Source of the DNA: an uncultured bacterium
GTDB taxonomy: Bacteria; Chloroflexota; UBA5177; JANWHV01
Length of the DNA stretch: 64,000 bases
Direction: 5' to 3'
Assembly (NCBI GenBank): GCA_963729625.1
Contig: CAVSOU010000010.1
Span: 160,001-224,000, forward strand
The notes below the pieces were generated by a model that searched no databases, had not been told where the DNA came from, and saw only the letters and a program-made list of their open reading frames with translations. The translations under genes and the position numbers were made by a program. Shown in pieces: positions 58,863 through 64,000 of the stretch (positions are counted from its first letter, which is position 1; each line of letters begins with the position of its first letter).

Positions 58863-58919
58863 CGAGGCCAGAGCACACAGTCAGCTACCAAGAGGGCTCG
58901 AATTCGGAGGGCGACTCCC

Positions 58920-59561
58920 ATGCGCATTCTGATGATTGACAACTTCGACAGCTTCACGTACAACCTCGTGCAATACCTTCGAGAGCTTGGCGCAGTCGTC
59001 GATGTCGTGCGCAACGACGTGGAGGCACCGCTTTCTGACCTTCTGGCCAACGTCGACGGGATCGTGGTGTCACCTGGTCCATGCGATCCCGCACACGCCG
59101 GAAACTCTATCGCCGCATTCCGCTATGTGGCGTCCGACCAAGGAGCGCACATCCCTGCCCTGGGTGTTTGCCTTGGACACCAGGCTCTCGCCGCGGCGTT
59201 TGGCGGAAGCGTGGTACGCGCCGCCGCGCCGATGCATGGCAAGACATCACTGGTGTGGCACGACGACTCGCCGCCGTTTGGAGGCACGCCGTCACCCACG
59301 GAGGTGATGCGCTACCACTCGCTGATCGTCTCTCCACACGATCTTCCTGCTTGCCTCCGCGTAACCGCACGCACGAGCGACGGCACGGTCATGGGCATCG
59401 CGCATCGAACTCGGACCATGTATGGCGTGCAGTTCCACCCAGAGTCGATCCTCACGGGCGATGGAAAGGTGATGCTTGGTTCGTTTCTCTCCGTCGTGGC
59501 CAGCGCGATCACAAAGCATGGAACGCACGTATCGGGTCGGAGTATGGGAGCAGCTCGATGA
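58920..59561 (+). CDS. trpG: Anthranilate synthase component II
   Basis: IDNFDSFTYNL, SPGP, GVCLGHQ, RYHSL and QFHPES motifs. Confidence 0.96.
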   Translation: MRILMIDNFDSFTYNLVQYLRELGAVVDVVRNDVEAPLSDLLANVDGIVVSPGPCDPAHAGNSIAAFRYVASDQGAHIPALGVCLGHQALAAAFGGSVVRAAAPMHGKTSLVWHDDSPPFGGTPSPTEVMRYHSLIVSPHDLPACLRVTARTSDGTVMGIAHRTRTMYGVQFHPESILTGDGKVMLGSFLSVVASAITKHGTHVSGRSMGAAR

Positions 59562-60586
59562 TCAGGGGTTTCATCGCACGAGTGGTTTCGGGTCACGACC
59601 TCACCGAGGCGGAGTCCAGGCTCGCCATGCAGGCAATTATGGATGAGGAGGTCACTCCGGCGCAATTCGCGGCGCTCGTGACCGCGATGCGAATCAAGGG
59701 CGAGTGCCTCGACGAGATCGTCGGATTTGCGTCGGTCATGCGAGACCGCGCCGTGCCCGTGCGGTCCGACGGGATCGGTATGGTGATCGACACATGCGGA
59801 ACCGGTGGCGACGGGATCGGGTCATTCAACGTATCGACCGCCGCCGCGATCGTGGTCGCGGCGGCCGGCTGCGCGGTAGCAAAACACGGAAATCGCGCTG
59901 CCAGCAGCAAGTGCGGGAGCGCCGACGTTCTAGAAGCGCTGGGCGTGCACATCGCGGCAACGCCTGAGCAGGCGACTTCCGGGCTGGAACGAATGGGAAT
60001 CGCATTTCTGCTTGCACCGCTGTACCATCCGGCAACGCGGTTCGCGGTTGGCCCGCGCCGGGAAATCGGCATTCGAACGGTGTTCAACATACTTGGACCG
60101 TTGACGAATCCGGCGCGCGTGAAGGCTCAGGTTCTCGGGGTCGCCGAAGGTTCCCTGGCACCGATGATGGCAGGGGTGCTCCAGCGGCTGGGGTCCAGGC
60201 ATGCACTTGTCGTTTCCGGCGCGGACGGCCTTGACGAGCTCAGCATCAGTGGTCCGACCTCAGTCACCGAGCTGAACGGCGGAACCGTGCGGACCTATGA
60301 GGTTGCTCCGGAGGACGTGGGGTTAAAGCGCGCGCCACTTAACGAGATCCTTGGCGGGACTGCGATGGAGAACGCCGCTATCCTTCGAGACGTCCTCGGC
60401 CGGCCCCGTCCCGGTGCGAGGAGGGATATTGTGGCGCTGAATGCGGCGGCAGGCTTGGTTGTGAGCGAGATGGCCGGGGACCTTTCCCACGGCGTCCGGC
60501 TGGCAATCGAGACGATCGAGTCGGGCAAGGCGTTCGACAAGCTCGAGAAATGGGTGCGCTTCACGCAATGGCAAGCAGCTTCCTAG
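59558..60586 (+). CDS. trpD: Anthranilate phosphoribosyltransferase
   Basis: DTCGTGGDG, FNVST, KHGNRAASS and GLDE motifs. Confidence 0.97.
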   Translation: MIRGFIARVVSGHDLTEAESRLAMQAIMDEEVTPAQFAALVTAMRIKGECLDEIVGFASVMRDRAVPVRSDGIGMVIDTCGTGGDGIGSFNVSTAAAIVVAAAGCAVAKHGNRAASSKCGSADVLEALGVHIAATPEQATSGLERMGIAFLLAPLYHPATRFAVGPRREIGIRTVFNILGPLTNPARVKAQVLGVAEGSLAPMMAGVLQRLGSRHALVVSGADGLDELSISGPTSVTELNGGTVRTYEVAPEDVGLKRAPLNEILGGTAMENAAILRDVLGRPRPGARRDIVALNAAAGLVVSEMAGDLSHGVRLAIETIESGKAFDKLEKWVRFTQWQAAS

Positions 60587-61353
60587 AGCGGATCATCACC
60601 GAAAAGACGCGAGAAGTGGCAGCGCGTAAGATCGAATGTCCGTGCGAAACCCTGCGCGAGCGGTGCCGGCAGCAGCCGGCGGCCCTCGACGCCCTGCGCG
60701 CGCTGCGCACGGACGGCCTCGCCGTCATTGCCGAAGTCAAGCGAGGCTCCCCCAGCAAGGGCATGTTTCGCGCCGATCTCGACGCGGCGGCATGTGCCGC
60801 CGCCTATGTGGATGCCGGCGCCGCGGTCGTTTCCGTGTTGACGGACATGCCGAACTTCGGCGGCTCACTCGAAGACCTCGGTCAGGCCCGCCAGCGCACT
60901 CGCGTGCCGCTGCTACGAAAAGACTTCATAATCGACGAGTACCAGTTGCTCGAGGCGCGGGCCTATGGCGCGGATGCCATTCTGCTGATTGTCGCCTCGC
61001 TTGATTATGGGCGGCTCGAGGTCCTCTTCGCGGCGAGCCTCGCACTTGGCTTGACTCCGCTGGTCGAGATCAACTCGGAGATCGAGGCCGCCGAGGCGCG
61101 CCGGCTGCGGGCGCCTTTGGTCGGCATCAATAACCGCGACCTGCACACTTTTACGGTCGACCTGACGACGACGGCCCGTTTGCGCCCACTTCTTCCGCCC
61201 GGTGTCGTCGTTGCCGCGCTGAGCGGCATCGGGTCAGCGCGAGAAGCGAGGCTGATGCGGGACGCCGGCGCCGACGCCGTGCTGGTCGGCGAGGCGCTCG
61301 TGCGGGCACAGGATCCATCCGCTCTCATCGCCGCGATGCGGAGCATTCAATGA
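60568..61353 (+). CDS. trpC: Indole-3-glycerol phosphate synthase
   Basis: IAEVKRGSPSKG, SVLTD, LRKDFI and GINNRDL motifs. Confidence 0.96.
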   Translation: MASSFLERIITEKTREVAARKIECPCETLRERCRQQPAALDALRALRTDGLAVIAEVKRGSPSKGMFRADLDAAACAAAYVDAGAAVVSVLTDMPNFGGSLEDLGQARQRTRVPLLRKDFIIDEYQLLEARAYGADAILLIVASLDYGRLEVLFAASLALGLTPLVEINSEIEAAEARRLRAPLVGINNRDLHTFTVDLTTTARLRPLLPPGVVVAALSGIGSAREARLMRDAGADAVLVGEALVRAQDPSALIAAMRSIQ

Positions 61354-62069
61354 CTGCCGTGCTCCACGCGCGACCCGATGGCACGCCACTGGTGAAGATC
61401 TGCGGCCTGCGGCGGGCACAAGACGTCGATGCTGCCATCGACGCCGGTGCCGATCTCGTCGGCATCGTGTTCGCCCCAAGCAGGCGGCGAATGACTTCCG
61501 AGTCCGCTCGAGCGCTGGTCGACGCCGTCGCAGCCAGGCTCCCTGTGGTCGGAGTGTTCGTCGACTCTTCGCCCGCCGACGTTGCGCGGATTGCCGGTGC
61601 GACTGGCATTGACATCGCGCAGCTGAGCGGGTCCGAAGACCCGAGTGACTTCACTGCGATTGGTTTACCCGTCATCAAGACCGCGCATACCGGACGAGGG
61701 GGACCAATGGACCAGCAGTCAGTTGCAACGGCATGGCAGCGCTCCGTCGCGGCCTTTATCGTCGATGCATGGTCTCAGCAGGGCGGCGGAAGCGGAGCTT
61801 TGGCGGACTGGAGTGCGGCACGAACGCTCATCGCCAGCATGGACTGCCCAGTTATCCTGGCGGGAGGCCTCAGTCCGGAGAACGCCAAGGAGGCGGTGCT
61901 CGCGACACGCCCGTTTGGCGTGGACGTGAGCAGCGGGGTGGAGCGTGATGGCTTCAAGGATGCGGAGCGTATCCGCCAGTTCGTTCGAGCTGTGCGAACT
62001 GCCGGCGTCCGTTCCAGGACCGACTCCACAACGATCCCTGAAGGTCCAGGTCCAGATGCAACATCGTAG
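61350..62069 (+). CDS. trpF: Phosphoribosylanthranilate isomerase
   Basis: VKICGL, ILAGGL and DVSSGVE motifs. Confidence 0.95.
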   Translation: MTAVLHARPDGTPLVKICGLRRAQDVDAAIDAGADLVGIVFAPSRRRMTSESARALVDAVAARLPVVGVFVDSSPADVARIAGATGIDIAQLSGSEDPSDFTAIGLPVIKTAHTGRGGPMDQQSVATAWQRSVAAFIVDAWSQQGGGSGALADWSAARTLIASMDCPVILAGGLSPENAKEAVLATRPFGVDVSSGVERDGFKDAERIRQFVRAVRTAGVRSRTDSTTIPEGPGPDATS

Positions 62070-62141
62070 CAAAGTGCCCGAGAGCGGCGTCGCCGCTCGA
62101 CTCGATGGAACCGGCTGGGCCGGAAGTACGAGAGGACAAAC

Positions 62142-63404
62142 ATGCCATTAAACCAACCGCGGAGCATCACTCGACCTGACGCGAGCGCCGTCGATCCGCT
62201 CGTGACCGGCCACTTCGGGCCGTACGGCGGGCAGTTCGTGCCGGAGACACTGATGCCCGCTCTGGCCGAGCTTGTGAGCGCGTTTCGTGACGCGAAGGAC
62301 GACCCAGACTTCACTCAACGGCTTGCCGAGCTGGAGCGCACGTACGTCGGCCGACCGACGCCGCTGTACTACGCACGGCATCTCACGGAGCGCATCGGCG
62401 GCGCACGCATCTACCTGAAGCGCGAGGACCTTGCCCACACGGGCGCGCACAAGGTCAACAACGCCCTCGGCCAGGGGCTGCTCGCGGCTCGGATGGGAAA
62501 GAGACGCATAATCGCGGAAACCGGCGCCGGGCAGCACGGCGTGGCAGCGGCCACCGTGTGCGCCATGCTTGGTCTCGACTGCATCGTGTATATGGGTGAG
62601 GAGGATATTCGTCGCCAGTCCCTGAACGTCTTGCGGATGAAGCTCCTCGGGGCCGAAGTACGGCCCGTGCGCTCCGGAACAGCGACCTTGAAAGACGCCG
62701 TGAACGAAGCGATTCGCGACTGGGTTACCAATGTGCGCGACACGTATTACATGATTGGCTCAGTCATTGGGCCCCACCCGTACCCGATCATGGTGAGGCA
62801 CTTCCAGAGCGTGATCGGGCTGGAAGCGCGGGCACAGATGATCGAGGCAATTGGAAGTCTGCCGAACATCGTGGTCGCGTGCGTCGGCGGCGGAAGCAAT
62901 GCCATGGGTATCTTCCACCCGTTTGTAGGTGACAGTCTGGTCCAGCTAATCGGCGTCGAGGCAGCGGGAGAAGGAATTGACTCAGGCAAGCACTGTGCGA
63001 CGCTTGTGTCGGGCGTGCCGGGAGTGCTGCACGGGACGAAAAGCTACCTCCTGCAGGATGAAGACGGACAGGTCAGTACCACGCACAGTATCTCGGCGGG
63101 ACTGGATTACCCCGGTGTCGGACCGGAGCACAGCTATCTCAAAGACATCGGCCGGGCCACGTACGTCGCGGTGGACGACACGTCCGCCCTGTCCGCGCTG
63201 CGTCTGCTGAGCGAGACCGAAGGCATCATTCCGGCGTTGGAAAGCGCGCACGCAATCGCCTACGCCGCGCACCTCGCGCAGGGTCTGACTGCTGAGGACA
63301 CACTGCTGGTCAATGTCTCAGGCAGGGGCGACAAAGATCTGGACACCGTTGCGCGGTACCTCGGCATTTCGCTTGGCCTTGAACCCGACCAGGGAGCACT
63401 GTGA
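62142..63404 (+). CDS. trpB: Tryptophan synthase beta chain
   Basis: [27 protein letters not shown] and SGRGDKD motifs. Confidence 0.98.
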   Translation: MPLNQPRSITRPDASAVDPLVTGHFGPYGGQFVPETLMPALAELVSAFRDAKDDPDFTQRLAELERTYVGRPTPLYYARHLTERIGGARIYLKREDLAHTGAHKVNNALGQGLLAARMGKRRIIAETGAGQHGVAAATVCAMLGLDCIVYMGEEDIRRQSLNVLRMKLLGAEVRPVRSGTATLKDAVNEAIRDWVTNVRDTYYMIGSVIGPHPYPIMVRHFQSVIGLEARAQMIEAIGSLPNIVVACVGGGSNAMGIFHPFVGDSLVQLIGVEAAGEGIDSGKHCATLVSGVPGVLHGTKSYLLQDEDGQVSTTHSISAGLDYPGVGPEHSYLKDIGRATYVAVDDTSALSALRLLSETEGIIPALESAHAIAYAAHLAQGLTAEDTLLVNVSGRGDKDLDTVARYLGISLGLEPDQGAL

Positions 63405-64000
63405 TGGCTGCCGCACTTGAGTTCGAGAACGCCCTCGACAACAGTCTGCAGGCATTGCGCGATGCATCGAGCCTGGCATTGGTCATGTATCTGACGGCAG
63501 GCTATCCCGACGCCGCCAGCACGCGGCGCTGGGGTCCGCTGGTGGTCGAAAGCGGCGCCACAATCGTGGAACTCGGCGTTCCATTCTCCGACCCTCTTGG
63601 CGACGGTCCCACGATCCAGCGCTCAAGCCAGCGCGCGCTCGCCGGTGGCATGTCATTGCGCGGCAGCCTGGAGATCGCCGCCTCCATTCGCGCAAAGTCG
63701 AGCGCTCCGGTCGTCATGATGAGCTACTTCAATCCAATCCTGCGCATCGGCGCCGCGACGTTTGCCGAGGCCGCGGCGGCAACTGGTGTTGCCGGGGTGA
63801 TCGTTCCCGATCTGCCGGTTGAAGAGGCAGACGACCTGCGTGGCGCGCTTGCCCGGTCGGGCGTGCATCTCATCTATCTGCTTTCTCCCCAGTCGACGAC
63901 AGCGCGTATTGAGGCGACCGCGAAGGTAGCCGGAGGGTTCATCTATTGCATGGCGCTCACCGGGGTTACTGGCGCGCGCGCGAGTTTAGCCGAAGACTTG
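63404..64000 (+). CDS. trpA: Tryptophan synthase alpha chain (partial; runs off right edge)
   Basis: TGATG overlap with trpB; YLTAGYPD, ELGVPFSDPLGDGPTIQ, MSYFNPI, PDLP and TGVTGAR motifs. Confidence 0.96.
   Translation, partial: MAAALEFENALDNSLQALRDASSLALVMYLTAGYPDAASTRRWGPLVVESGATIVELGVPFSDPLGDGPTIQRSSQRALAGGMSLRGSLEIAASIRAKSSAPVVMMSYFNPILRIGAATFAEAAAATGVAGVIVPDLPVEEADDLRGALARSGVHLIYLLSPQSTTARIEATAKVAGGFIYCMALTGVTGARASLAEDL

Overview
GC-rich bacterial chromosome segment, most consistent with Chloroflexota. Support for this: monoderm-type DnaK without the diderm insertion, T-box riboswitches, a Cheo-type LexA box, HspR/HAIR control, MurT/GatD, DUF2298 and a baseplate-J-like membrane protein. 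Most of the window is housekeeping: secA-prfB (programmed +1 frameshift), murT-gatD, rpe, ispH, T-box-cysE, cinA-recA, a Ser/Thr kinase, dprA, recJ, rel, argJBDR-thrB, dnaK-dnaJ-hspR, tRNA-Pro, holA, tRNA-Gly, a GH3 glycosidase, a CymR-like regulator, accDA, rluD, lspA, hom and T-box-trpEGDCFBA (trpA truncated). A decayed accessory patch follows tRNA-Gly (about 42.2-49 kb) with IS1634 and Tn3 remnants and several small Cys/His zinc-binding proteins. The most unusual items are: (1) an ftsZ-unlinked FtsA-like ATPase paired with a bitopic baseplate-J-like protein in a secA-prfB-S41 protease run; (2) an intact RecQ-like ORF that has lost every ATPase motif; (3) a GATA-like zinc-finger ORF and neighbouring zinc microproteins; (4) a structured, repeat-punctuated region upstream of secA; (5) a PASTA-less kinase with a mucin-like tandem-repeat ectodomain. 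All family calls come from motif recognition by eye; no database search was run.
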